Source: an uncultured Pseudomonadota bacterium (GTDB lineage: Bacteria > Oederibacteriota > Muellerivitia > Muellerivitales > Muellerivitaceae). From it: a stretch of DNA of 64,000 nucleotides. Made by a program: the position numbers and the translations under genes. The notes under the pieces are model-generated. The model was not told the origin of the DNA. It was given only the letters and a program-made list of their open reading frames with translations, and made no database searches. This document shows, one piece after another, positions 1 to 10,160 of this stretch. Position 1 is the first letter of the stretch; the number at the start of each line of letters is the position of its first letter. The stretch lies in assembly GCA_963843375.1 (NCBI GenBank), contig CAWJKT010000004.1, positions 192,001 to 256,000 of the forward strand, read 5' to 3'.

Positions 1-695
1 GCCACGGATTTTTCCAACTCAAGCTTCCCGGTACGGTGGAAACAATCACCGGGCCAGACTATCTCGACACGGTGGCCCTGGCCACCTACAACTTCAAACC
101 CCTGGAGGATGAAACTCCACTGACGGTCGGGGTCAATCTAAAGATTGTGGACCATCGCGTCGGGACCATTGACAGTTCTGAAACCCCAGGCAATTTCTCC
201 AATTTCAACAGCGAGTTTCATCCTTCCACCTTGCGTTGGGGGTTGGATTTAGGTCTGCTTTATGAATTCCAACAGGAACATGCCGCCTTAGGTCTTTCGG
301 CACTCGACCTTTTTCACTCCGCTGGGACGATCGATGACACCGTGGGAGATCCCCTTTACGGGGTCAATATGGATCCGGCCCCTGTAGTGGTCAAGTGTGG
401 CGCGTCCTGGAACCCCATTGGTCCATTCGTCTTGAACGCCGATGTGGACGATCTTTTTTCCGATACCGCTTTTTATTCTCAAAACCCGGGTTTGGGGTCC
501 CACGTGAAGTTGGGGGCCGCCCTTAACCTGTTTCTCATTCAATTGAAAGGCGGTCTATCCAATGGCAATGTGAGCTTGGGGTTTCGGATTCCATTCCTGG
601 GTTTGGATTGCGCTTATGCGGTTGATAATTTGAACGCCGTGGATAATACGAATCAGGTTTATAGCTTCTTCTTTGATTTTAAGGTTGAAAAGTGA
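1..695 (+). CDS. TraF/PorV/FadL-like outer-membrane beta-barrel protein, 5'-truncated by the window edge
   Basis: Frame is open from position 3 (HGFFQLKLPGTVETITG...). It has amphipathic beta-strands and is clearly paralogous to 1661..3189 (DTVALATYNFKPLEDETPLTVGVNLK vs DTVAMATYSFNPLEDGTPFTVGANLK). Confidence 0.65.
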   Translation, partial: HGFFQLKLPGTVETITGPDYLDTVALATYNFKPLEDETPLTVGVNLKIVDHRVGTIDSSETPGNFSNFNSEFHPSTLRWGLDLGLLYEFQQEHAALGLSALDLFHSAGTIDDTVGDPLYGVNMDPAPVVVKCGASWNPIGPFVLNADVDDLFSDTAFYSQNPGLGSHVKLGAALNLFLIQLKGGLSNGNVSLGFRIPFLGLDCAYAVDNLNAVDNTNQVYSFFFDFKVEK

Positions 696-779
696 TTTAG
701 CGGGGTTTGGTTGTGTAGCAATTTTTGCGATTTTTAATGCATTTGATGGATTTCGAAAAAAGTTAAGGAGTTAGTTTCC

Positions 780-1637
780 ATGAAAAAGAAAATTATATTT
801 TGGGTAGCGTTGTTCATCTTGGCAGAAGTCTCCGTCGGAAGGGCGCAAAATTCATCCTCCACGCCCACCATCAGCGGTCCTACCCCTTCCACGACTCCCT
901 CTTCGTCCGTCAAACACCACAAAAAGAAGAAAAAAGCCTCCGCAAAAGCCACGGTCCAGCCCACAGTCCAAATGACCGTTTCACCAACCGTGAGCCCCTC
1001 GGTGACGCCGATCATTGCCACCAAACCCACAGCTACGGCTACAGCGACGGCAACGCAGGCAGCTGTTTCCGAACAGTCTTCCATGGGAGCTATTTCCAGC
1101 TTCAAAATTTACGACCGGGTCAACATGCCGGGAGATTTCCGCAGAGCTGTCACCCATGCCGTCCAGACATTGAACCGGGCTTCCTTGAGGCATGGCCACA
1201 CGGTTTTCTTGGACTTGACAAAGGTTTCCTCGAACAAGATGGATCAGGAAAAAAAGAAGGCCTACGCGCGCTTCGAGGTTAACGAACTGGAATTCGGCGG
1301 GCCCCGCAATCCTTGGATCCTGCTGGCCGGAACCGTTTTCGAACAAAGCGGCGATGATTGCAAGGTAGACGGTCTTATAGAAGTGGCGGTTGATTTCAAG
1401 GACATCAAGATCGACTACCAGGGGTCCAAGCTAGGCGAAATTCAAAAGGGGACTGATATCGCTGAGCAGGTGTATGAGATTCTTAATAGCCATTCGGACT
1501 ATCAGTTGATATTACAGGCTAATGATCAGGATAAGGATTCCAAGTATATGGACCAAACGTCGGCTTACATAGCCAAGGCTAGGGATGGGTATGCGATTAT
1601 GGATTTCCTGGTTTCATCCCATGAATCATCCCGATAA
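780..1637 (+). CDS. Secreted hypothetical protein with Ser/Thr/Pro-rich N-terminal linker and poly-Lys patch
   Basis: AAGGAG RBS, signal peptide MKKKIIFWVALFILAEVSVGRA, low-complexity PT/AT tract, then a globular C-terminal region. Confidence 0.75.
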   Translation: MKKKIIFWVALFILAEVSVGRAQNSSSTPTISGPTPSTTPSSSVKHHKKKKKASAKATVQPTVQMTVSPTVSPSVTPIIATKPTATATATATQAAVSEQSSMGAISSFKIYDRVNMPGDFRRAVTHAVQTLNRASLRHGHTVFLDLTKVSSNKMDQEKKKAYARFEVNELEFGGPRNPWILLAGTVFEQSGDDCKVDGLIEVAVDFKDIKIDYQGSKLGEIQKGTDIAEQVYEILNSHSDYQLILQANDQDKDSKYMDQTSAYIAKARDGYAIMDFLVSSHESSR

Positions 1638-1660
1638 CCCATTTCCTGGAGGAGCCTGTT

Positions 1661-3189
1661 ATGCAAAGTATTAAAATGAGACTTTTAGGGTGTTTTCTTT
1701 TAGTCTTCCTGACTTTGCCGGGCCATGCCGGGGCCTTTGATTTAGGCAATTTGGGGACGCAATTTAATGTTCCGCCTGCCCAATTCAACGTGACGGCGGA
1801 AGGTATGGGGGAAGCGGGGGTGGCCGATGGAACTTTTTACAACGGTACCGTCATGAACCCCGCGCTATTAGCCAACGCGTCCCATTTTGTGGAAATAACC
1901 ATTCCAGGTTTCAGTATCTCCAACGATATTTTCTCAATGACGAACTACTTGACGAATTCCAACAACATCAATAACCTTCAAAACGCATTCCAAAATCTAG
2001 CGCCCTCGATGAAAGAAATCACCCAGGGTTTGCAACAGGTTTCCAGCGATCCGTCCGCCGTGACACAGATCAATCAAGGGCTTGCGGGCGTCCAAAACGC
2101 CATTTCCAACCTCCAGACTGCGGCGGCCACTCTAACGGATAAAAACATTCAATTGGGGGCCGGATTTAATATCGCCATGAAAATTGACGACCACTGGGGT
2201 TTCGAAATCTACAACAATACCCATGGAGTTCTTCAAATCACTCAGGAAGGTACGCTTCAGGCCCTGGAACAAATGGCGGCCCTGCCTACATTAAGTGGGT
2301 CCAGTCCCGCGTCTATTTATAGTGCCGCCAGTACATTTTTGGGGTCGGCCGTTTCGGTTCTCCAAGGACTTTTGCCCAGTCCCAAGCCGTCTCACTGCAA
2401 GCTGCGGTGACTGCCTTACAAGCCAATGAAACCACCCAAGGTGTCAGCATTTTTGCAAACACCGTATCCAACATTGTTTCGACTGTTAACCAGACGACCT
2501 TCCAAAAGGCGCTCCTGCAGAATATTGCCGAGGTAACGGGGTTGGTTTATACCGACACGGTGGCCATGGCCACCTATAGCTTCAACCCCCTGGAGGATGG
2601 GACACCTTTTACGGTTGGCGCCAATTTAAAGGTGGTCAATCGTCGTATCGGCTACATGAATAGTTATTGGCTGAGCCAGCAAAATCTCAATGATTTCTCC
2701 AACATTACCAACGGGTTGAAAAACGACATTGACCAGAGCACTTTCCGCTTTGGGATGGACCTGGGACTTCTTTACGAGTTCGAGGAACTCGGACTTTCAG
2801 TGGGGGCATCGGCCGAGGACCTTCTGCATACCTCGGCAACCATCACCACCCAGCCGGGGGACCCACTCTACGGCATCATCACCGACCCGGCCCCCACCGT
2901 GATAGCCCTTGGCGCTTCCTGGCATCCCCTCGACCCGATCATCTTGAATGCGGATCTGGACGACTTATTTTCGGCCACCTCCTATTACGAGGGCATGGAT
3001 ATCTTTTCCCACACGAAATTGGGGGCTGCTTTTAACTTACTGGGCTTCCTGCAATTGCGGGGTGGTGTTTCCAATAGTAATTTAAGCTTTGGCTTTGGCG
3101 TTCCATTTATGGGATTGAATTACGCCTATGCGGAGGACGATTTGACTCAAAGTTATAACCACTATCTCAGTTTTGGAGCGAACTTTTAA
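1661..3189 (+). CDS. TraF/PorV-like outer-membrane beta-barrel with helical insertions; one frameshift near 2380-2410
   Basis: GGAGG RBS and signal peptide. N-terminal GMGEAGVA...NPALLA motif is typical of FadL/PorV/TraF_2 barrels, and the C-terminus ends in Phe (SFGANF). ORFs 1661..2410 and 2407..3189 read as one protein. Confidence 0.65.
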
Positions 3190-3404
3190 TCTGGAAAATC
3201 GCTTAATCAGATGGAAGAAATTCAATTTTTTGTTTTCTATTCGGCCAAATTCCATTTTTTCTTAATAAACCCTAAAATTTATAAGCTTCAACTAAGTATC
3301 GGATTTGTCCTTAATGCTTATTTAGAATGTTCCTTGAAAAGCCACCTTTTTCTGAATAAACTACGCCCCTTCCATTACAACTTGGCTGAGGAATGGAAGA
3401 CTTT

Positions 3405-3481
3405 GGACGTTTAGCTCAGTTGGTTAGAGCGTCGCGTTCACATCGCGAAGGTCACTGGTTCAAGTCCAGTAACGTCCACCA
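3405..3481 (+). tRNA. tRNA-Val(CAC)
   Basis: Cloverleaf: acceptor GGACGTT/AACGTCC, D-arm GCTC/GAGC, anticodon stem TCGCG/CGCGA with loop TT-CAC-AT, T-arm ACTGG-TTCAAGT-CCAGT, encoded CCA end. Confidence 0.97.
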
Positions 3482-3486
3482 TCCAT

Positions 3487-3518
3487 GCCCTACCTTTAAA
3501 AAGGTAGGGCGCATTTTT
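3487..3518 (+). terminator. Rho-independent terminator after tRNA-Val
   Basis: GCCCTACCTT-taaa-AAGGTAGGGC perfect stem followed by gcattttt. Confidence 0.7.
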
Positions 3519-3585
3519 AAAGAGAAATGAAAATCCGGGTTCTTCGCCTTATTGTCTCCCATCAGGTCTTTGTTACAATATTTGC

Positions 3586-4275
3586 ATGTGCTCACGTTTC
3601 GTCCTTAAAAGCCCGCCGAAAGCCCTCGCTAACCTCTTTAAATTGGAAAAGGCCGTTGACTGGAAGTCCCGGTTCAATGTCGCTCCATCTCAAAAAATTC
3701 CAGTCGTAATTAAAACCATGGAAAACAGCAAGAGGGAAATGAAGCTTTTACAGTGGGGATTCATTGCTTCCTGGACCCAAGGCGGGCGCCTATTGGTCAA
3801 CGTGCAAAGCGAGAACATCCGGGAAAAACCGATTCTGGAAGAGTCCTTCGAGAAGTGGCGTTGCCTAATTCCCGTAGACGGTTTTTACGAGTGGCGGCAC
3901 CAGGCCAAGGAAACCCATCCCTATTTCATCCAAATGAAGGACAAAAAGCCTTTCGCCTTGGCGGGTCTTTGGTGCCCGCAAAAATTGGAAGATAAGACAC
4001 TTGAGGTTTGCGCGATTCTGACGACTACACCCAATGATGTGGTTAGGGTTGTGCATGACCGGATGCCGGTAGTTTTAAACCCCAAGGATTATGATCTTTG
4101 GCTGAATTCGGACGACGTGAGGGATTTCAGGGAGATCGAAAAGCTATTCAGACCTTATCCGGCCGGGGAAATGGAAGCCTACCAGGTGGGTGCCTGGGTG
4201 AACAACGTCACCCACGATGACGAGAAGTGCATTGAGCTTTCCACCGGACCCGAAACCTTGTCATTCAATTTTTAA
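3586..4275 (+). CDS. SOS response-associated peptidase (SRAP/YedK/HMCES family), abasic-site protection
   Basis: N-terminal MCSRF (catalytic Cys2), RFNVAPSQ, RCLIPVDGFYEW and VHDRMPVVL motifs. Confidence 0.93.
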   Translation: MCSRFVLKSPPKALANLFKLEKAVDWKSRFNVAPSQKIPVVIKTMENSKREMKLLQWGFIASWTQGGRLLVNVQSENIREKPILEESFEKWRCLIPVDGFYEWRHQAKETHPYFIQMKDKKPFALAGLWCPQKLEDKTLEVCAILTTTPNDVVRVVHDRMPVVLNPKDYDLWLNSDDVRDFREIEKLFRPYPAGEMEAYQVGAWVNNVTHDDEKCIELSTGPETLSFNF

Positions 4276-4329
4276 ACTTAATTGAAAATCTTTTTGCTGC
4301 CTGATAAGTCTCCAGCCGAAGCGCTCGGC

Positions 4330-7300
4330 TTAATGAGAGGAGGGTTGAAAAGGGATTATTTTTTCTTGAATAAGCTTTTGGGCCAAAAGATATCCCTTGA
4401 AAAAATAACCGCCCGAATTTTGATGGAAAGTGCTCGCGAATTCCGCCACTGGAAAATAACTTTGCCTTAAGGCGGTAAAAGGCGCGGCCAAATCCAGGTA
4501 GGGAATACCCGCCATTCCCGCCACATCCCCCCAAAGCTTCCGAAATGGTTCCACTTGGACAAGGTTCCCATGGCTTCCGGCTGGGAAAAAAAACATTCCC
4601 AAAGCTACTGGCTGGCCCTGGCTCGTTTGCATGGAGGAAAGCTTTTTGCGCAAAAGGGCGATGGGTTTGCTGTAAAGAAAGACAATATCGGCTTGGTCCT
4701 TTCTATCGGCCAACACTCCGGGCATGTCCAAACCATCCAACTCATCCTTTCCTCCCGCGACAATTCGAAGATGCCTTCGGAAGATATCCCCCTCTCTGCC
4801 GGAAGGCAATTGTTCCTTAAAAGACTTGAGCAAAAATTCGGGGTCCTGTTTCCAAGCGGGAATGCCCTCGGAGGTGAGAGGCCGCTGGTAATAAGCCCTA
4901 AAGTTTTGGGAGGGAGCCGAACTCATTCCCATCAATACAAGGTCAATGTCATATTTTTTGACTACGTCCGGGTCTAAGTAATAGTTCCATAGAAATGGCG
5001 GATAATCGTCGCCGTTGCCAAAGGCATAATTAATTACCTCAAAGTGGGTCGGACTCCCCTCTAAAGACGCTTCGGTGTTCAAAAAGATCTGAAGTCGCTT
5101 GGCCAGGTTTTCCATGTTATTGTTCCCGAAATCATTTCGGAACACGTGAGAATCGCCGGTAATCATAATCCGAAAAGTGTGTTCCGGTTTATGGGGGGGG
5201 TATTGGTAATCCGGCACCCCATCGGGAAGGGGATGATAGGGGTCCGGGTTTGCCTTGAAATCGTCATCCGAGAGACAGAAAACCTGATTTAAGGTAGGGG
5301 AAGTCAGGAAAAGTTTTTGCTCCCACTTTCCCCCGGTTATCAAACCTACGGGTTCCCCTCCGTTATTTCCCCCCAAGAAAGCTGAAAAATCGAAAGGGAC
5401 GGGATTTAAAAGGGTTTCCCAAATGGACATGGCCCGGGTGGTTGGTTCCGTATCCACTCGAATCCAGGATACTGGCGATCCCGCAAGAGCGTAAAGACAA
5501 TCTCCCAATGCCGCCATTGCGCAAACAGAGGATCCATTCCAAAGGGGGGTTAGGGAAGTCTTTTTCTCTTCTGGGGAGCCAGATACCGTTACGGTTCGAA
5601 TTCCAGGAAGGGTCAAGTCCGACAAGCAAAGATTACCATGAAAAAGGGTCATGGCCGCAGGTTGTGGAGAGCGAGAGTCCTTTTCCAAAAGGACAGTTAG
5701 TTCAAGGGTTTTAAATGAAATCATGTCCAGGCGGCCTTGAGTAGGTTCGGACAAATAAAGGGCATCCGAGGAGGTGTCATAAACCATGTTGAAAACTTCC
5801 GATAAGCGGCCAGTTTCCACCGGTTGACCTTTTTGCTTTAAAGGAAGCGTGGATACACTGCCGGATTTGGAGTTAATTTCCCGTAGGAGACCCTTTTGGG
5901 CGTCATAAACGACCAAGCCCTGGGGAACGGCGGCCAAGAGGGTAGGCTGCTCGAAAGAAGCTTGGTTCAAGGGCCCATCCCTGTTCCCCGATTCATCGTT
6001 ACCCGACAAGGTTTCCACTTCGTTGGAATGTTCCAGGTGGATTACCCGTATCCGGTGATTGCCCGGATCGGCCACGTAAAGGTCCGACCCATCAGCGCTC
6101 AAAGCCAAGCCTGTGGGGGAGTGGAATAGGGCCGAGGCAAAATCCCCTTCCCGGAAACCGGCCGCACCCTCTCCCGCAACCAAGTCAGTGAACTGTCTTA
6201 AGGGTTCAAGGGTTTCAGGTGTTTCCGTAAAAGGCTTGAGGGCTCCCTCAGGGGTAAGATCCGCAATTAGTAGCCGGCGGGCCAAAAGTCCCCCCAACAA
6301 ATCGGCGCCTTTCACGTTGAGTTTAGGCTGGGGCCCATCTTCCCCGAGGGGAAAGAAAGAAGGCCGCAAAAGGGTCCAATCCCGGGTTAGGTCAAGAAAA
6401 GATATGTTTTTTTCCCTGCAAAACCCCGTCCAAAAAGCCCGATCCTCTTCTACGGAAGGGATGGCGACACCGGCTGTACCGGGCAAGAAGGCCACTTGGA
6501 AAGCTGAAGCGGGATGTCCTGTTTTTTGCCATTGCCCCACGGATTGCTCCACCCAATCCGGAGAGGGAAGGGAATGGCTCGAGGATTCCAAACAGAGGAC
6601 CAAGTCAATGTCATAGGTTTGGGCAATGGGAATCAATGCCCCGGAGCTGTCGAAAGCCATCACCTCGAAGGAGGCATTCCATCCCTTCAAGGCCGCCTCA
6701 GTGTTGAGCATCAGCTCCAGCCGTTGGGGAGCTGTGGCCAGCGAAGGAAGGGCATGAGACGGTTCGGAACCGCCTGGAAGTGCCCCTGAATCCAACAAAG
6801 GATCAGCCACGACCAGGATTCGGACGGTATCTTTGGGTTTTGCGGGGGGATGTCCATAGGGTCTAAAACCCATCCATTGGGTTGGGGCAGAGTATTTTTC
6901 GGCGAGGTCACGAAAAGAAACGATTTCGTTCCGTGATGGAATGGCCAAGAGAAATGACCATTGTTCACGCGGATCGGAAATGAAACAAACTGGAGGGTCG
7001 TCCTGGAAAGGAAACCAATATTCCGAGGGCGGATGTTGCCCTGATTTATCCCATTGAATTTTGGTATCCCAAACGAATGGAAAATCAACATTTCGGATGG
7101 GTTTGAGGCAAACGAAGGGAGGATCGGTTTTTTGGAAGGCATAAAGGTTCTTGCCAGAGGGGATTAAGCCGAGGATAGACTTGCCTTGGGTTATCTCAAT
7201 CAAATCCGCCGGAGTTTGGTTCTTAGTTGGTATCGTAACCTGGAAAACCGAGGGTAATTCCCGATCGGCCACCAGAAGACGTCCCTGCCAAAGACAAAGC

Positions 7301-7959
7301 GCCCGAGGTTGAGGCACCTGGGAAGAATGGTCCAAGAGTACCTGAATATCATGGGTACCCAAGTCCAACCGCCGCAAAACATTCTTCAATGATTGGGTGA
7401 AATAAAGGGATTGGGTGGAAGGATCAAAAACCACTTCATCCACTTGCGCCAGGGAAAGGCCATGGGTTTCCTTGTCACCGCTGCGTACCAGGGTGGATAC
7501 GGTTTTTTGGGAAAGGTCCAAGAGGCGGAAAGACTCATCCGCAATATCGTAAACCAATAGACGGTCAGGAGATATCTCAAGAATCCGGTAGGGTTTATTG
7601 AAAGAAGCTACCGTCAAAGGCCCATCCAGGTGTCCCGGTTCCTCGCATCCCGCCAGGGTGGAGACTTCGTTTTGTTTTGTAAAATCGATGGCGCGGATAC
7701 AGTGGTTGTCCTGATCGGCAACATAAAGGAAATGGTTGTCTGAACTTAAAGTTAATGAAGTTGGGGAATGAAATTGAGCGTCGGCGAAAAAACCATCCTT
7801 CCGCCCCGGGTCGCCCTGTCCGGCCACTAGGTCATGAAAAGAGTGTATAGGTCCCAGGGCCCAGGATAGGTGAGAAGGAAATAAAAATGAGCCGTAAAGA
7901 AAAATAATAGCGATCCTGAAAACCGGGATGGGGTCCATTTTTTCGGGGGCTTGTTCCAT
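4330..7959 (-). CDS. Secreted protein with two tandem [NHL beta-propeller + SGNH-like] modules
   Basis: Hydrophobic N-terminal signal, NHL repeats (LYVADQDNHCIR, LYVADPGNHRIR), and FRIMITGDSH ... FHQNSGG in module 2. Paralog of 10161..12206. Confidence 0.75.
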   Translation of the reverse strand: MEQAPEKMDPIPVFRIAIIFLYGSFLFPSHLSWALGPIHSFHDLVAGQGDPGRKDGFFADAQFHSPTSLTLSSDNHFLYVADQDNHCIRAIDFTKQNEVSTLAGCEEPGHLDGPLTVASFNKPYRILEISPDRLLVYDIADESFRLLDLSQKTVSTLVRSGDKETHGLSLAQVDEVVFDPSTQSLYFTQSLKNVLRRLDLGTHDIQVLLDHSSQVPQPRALCLWQGRLLVADRELPSVFQVTIPTKNQTPADLIEITQGKSILGLIPSGKNLYAFQKTDPPFVCLKPIRNVDFPFVWDTKIQWDKSGQHPPSEYWFPFQDDPPVCFISDPREQWSFLLAIPSRNEIVSFRDLAEKYSAPTQWMGFRPYGHPPAKPKDTVRILVVADPLLDSGALPGGSEPSHALPSLATAPQRLELMLNTEAALKGWNASFEVMAFDSSGALIPIAQTYDIDLVLCLESSSHSLPSPDWVEQSVGQWQKTGHPASAFQVAFLPGTAGVAIPSVEEDRAFWTGFCREKNISFLDLTRDWTLLRPSFFPLGEDGPQPKLNVKGADLLGGLLARRLLIADLTPEGALKPFTETPETLEPLRQFTDLVAGEGAAGFREGDFASALFHSPTGLALSADGSDLYVADPGNHRIRVIHLEHSNEVETLSGNDESGNRDGPLNQASFEQPTLLAAVPQGLVVYDAQKGLLREINSKSGSVSTLPLKQKGQPVETGRLSEVFNMVYDTSSDALYLSEPTQGRLDMISFKTLELTVLLEKDSRSPQPAAMTLFHGNLCLSDLTLPGIRTVTVSGSPEEKKTSLTPLWNGSSVCAMAALGDCLYALAGSPVSWIRVDTEPTTRAMSIWETLLNPVPFDFSAFLGGNNGGEPVGLITGGKWEQKLFLTSPTLNQVFCLSDDDFKANPDPYHPLPDGVPDYQYPPHKPEHTFRIMITGDSHVFRNDFGNNNMENLAKRLQIFLNTEASLEGSPTHFEVINYAFGNGDDYPPFLWNYYLDPDVVKKYDIDLVLMGMSSAPSQNFRAYYQRPLTSEGIPAWKQDPEFLLKSFKEQLPSGREGDIFRRHLRIVAGGKDELDGLDMPGVLADRKDQADIVFLYSKPIALLRKKLSSMQTSQGQPVALGMFFFPAGSHGNLVQVEPFRKLWGDVAGMAGIPYLDLAAPFTALRQSYFPVAEFASTFHQNSGGYFFKGYLLAQKLIQEKIIPFQPSSH

Positions 7960-7970
7960 GGCTGCCCTTT

Positions 7971-8445
7971 TTAGCGTTTTTTCTTTTGTCCCCGAATTAC
8001 CGCCGAGCTGTCAGGGGTTTCCCATAACGCCACCTCCACCAACCGGACCATTTCCAGTTGGAGTGGTTTTTCCAATAGCTTCCAAATAACCCATGCCATG
8101 TTTTCAGCGGTAGGCTGCACCTTGGGATTGGACTTGAATGGCTCCACCTCTTTATTGATAAAGCGGTGGTCGAATCGTCCGAAAATTTCCCGGTACAATA
8201 TTTCTTTTAAAATGCGGAAATCAATCACAAAACCCGTCTCCTCTTTGATCGGGCCTTGAACCCGTACCGCCAGACCGGTAGGAATGGCCGTGGGGATAAT
8301 GAAGCGCCTTAGGGTCATCCTTGCGGTAACCGGCGCATTTACGGAACACCTCCAGGTTTTTAGAACGGTCCCATTTGGGATTGTGCAGGTAATGGGCCGC
8401 CTCAAAGGTTATTTCCTTGGTCACTTCAGCCATCGGTTTATTCAT
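7971..8445 (-). CDS. queD: 6-carboxy-5,6,7,8-tetrahydropterin synthase (QueD/PTPS); frameshift near 8274
   Basis: FEAAH and HGHSY in ORF 8221..8445 continue into G..IDF, FDHRFIN, PTAENMA and LWETP in ORF 7971..8405. Confidence 0.85.
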
Positions 8446-10089
8446 TGTTCTTCCTTAAATTTTTGGGCAATAGGAATCCGGCGGCCCATACCGAAAGCCT
8501 TGGTGGTCACCTTGAGGCCCGGCGCCATTTGACGCCGCTTATATTCGTTCTGATTGATTTTACTTAAAATCTCCCGAACCAGTTTTGGCTCGAAACCCGC
8601 TTTCACGATTTTGGACGGCGGTTGGTTTTCCTCCACATATAACCGTAAAACCGCGTCCAGAGTCTCATAGGGCGGAAGGGAATCCTGGTCGGTCTGGTTA
8701 GGCCTAAGTTCGGCCGAGGGAGCCTTCGTGAAAATGGCTTCGGGGATGACCGGTTTTTTCCGGTTGGCATAACGGGACAACTCATAAACCATTCCTTTGG
8801 GCACATCGGAGATGACCGCCAGTCCCCCGCACATGTCGCCATAAAGGGTGCAATAGCCTACGGCGACCTCGCTTTTGTTGCCGGTGGAAAGCACCAGCCG
8901 GTTGAATTTGTTGGAAAGGGCCATGAGCAATAAACCCCTCAGCCGGGCCTGAAGATTTTCTTCCGTCGTGTCCCTGGGATTGTTATTGAAAACAGGATGA
9001 AGCGTCTTAAGGGCTTCCTCGAAAAGAGGGGTGATGGGGATTTCCTTGAAAGTTCGATTCCCAAAGCTTCCGCCAGTTGGCCGGGAATCCCCGATGGAGC
9101 CAGGGGAGGAAAAGGGCGAGGGCATGGTGACTCCCATGACGTTATCCGCGCCCAAAGCTTCCGCCGCAAGACAAGCGACTAAAGCCGAATCGATCCCACC
9201 GGACAAACCGATGAGCACCTTCTCAAACCCACATTTCCGGACATAGTCCCGGGTTCCGGTGACTAAGGCCTGGTAAATCTTAGCCGTCTCGCTTTCCGGG
9301 GAGGGAATGGGTTTGATCGAGGGGTTTTCGGTGTCGTAAACAAAAAAATCCTCCTCAAAACTTTTTCCCAACTGGAATAAGATTTCCGCCCGCGTCCATG
9401 ACCATACTGCATCCATCGAATATCAGCTCATCGTTGCCGCCCACCAGGTTGCAATAGAGGATGGGCGAATGGGTTTTACGAGTGACATCCTTTAAAAGGC
9501 TTTGACGTACCGAGAGTTTGGCGTAATGGAAGGGGGAGGCGGAGAGGTTCAGGACCAGATCAGGTTTGGCCTTCGCCAGTTCCTCCACGGGATCCTTGGA
9601 GTAAAGCCGATGGGTGAAAACGCCCTCAACATTCCAAATGTCCTCGCAAATCGTGACGGCGATCTTTAGACCCTTATATTGGAAAGGAGGTTCGGGTTTC
9701 GGGGCGGGGGTGAAATAGCGGGCTTCATCGAAAACATCGTAGTTGGGAAGCAAGACCTTCCGATAGGTATGGAGAATGGCGCCGTCGGTAATGGCAACCG
9801 CGGCATTAAAGAGGGGGTTTCCCGCCTCCTTGTTTTCCAGGATGGTGCCCACGACCGCAAGGATTCCCTTGGATTCTCGAGCCACTTTTTCCAGGCTTTT
9901 ACGGGAACGCTCGAAAAAAGAAAGGCGGTCCAAAAGGTCCCGGGGAGGGTAACCGGTCAGGGTCAACTCGGGAAATAGCGCAATGTCGCAGCCGGAATCT
10001 TTGGCTTTCTTCAGGTTTTCAAGAACCTTGGTGACATTCCCGTCGAAATCCCCAACGGTGGTGTTGATCTGGCAAAGAGCGATTTTCAT
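8442..10089 (-). CDS. nadE: Glutamine-dependent NAD+ synthetase; frameshift near 9375 plus a compensated pair near 9050-9085
   Basis: N-terminal CN-hydrolase domain (FPEL, K..LPNYDVFDE, ICEDIW). C-terminal synthase domain has GLSGGIDS, ENLQAR, TGNKSE and PSAEL. Confidence 0.93.
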
Positions 10090-10160
10090 TTGAGCCTTTC
10101 GGCCTTAGTCTCACCAAATTAAAACCCAAAGTCCAATATTAAAATAAAGGATCGGTTGTC

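Noticed and set aside
1..3189. TraF-like barrels as evidence of a conjugative element
   Set aside because: No relaxase, VirB4/TraC or coupling protein; this barrel family is common on chromosomes.
3211..3414. 67-aa ORF overlapping the tRNA 5' end
   Set aside because: AT-rich intergenic/promoter DNA that runs into the tRNA; no RBS or motif support.
3405..4275. tRNA followed by a SRAP gene as a possible prophage or island attachment site
   Set aside because: No integrase or phage genes, and I saw no second copy of the tRNA 3' end in the window.
7971..8445. queD as part of a 7-deazaguanine DNA-modification (dpd) defence cluster
   Set aside because: No dpdA/tgt-like, queC, queE or folE neighbours; it overlaps nadE in a housekeeping context.
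9340..9385. Programmed frameshift in nadE at GGGAAAAAG
   Set aside because: The downstream frame already reads FQLGKSFEED before the A-run, and several unrelated genes show similar indels, so error is the simpler explanation.
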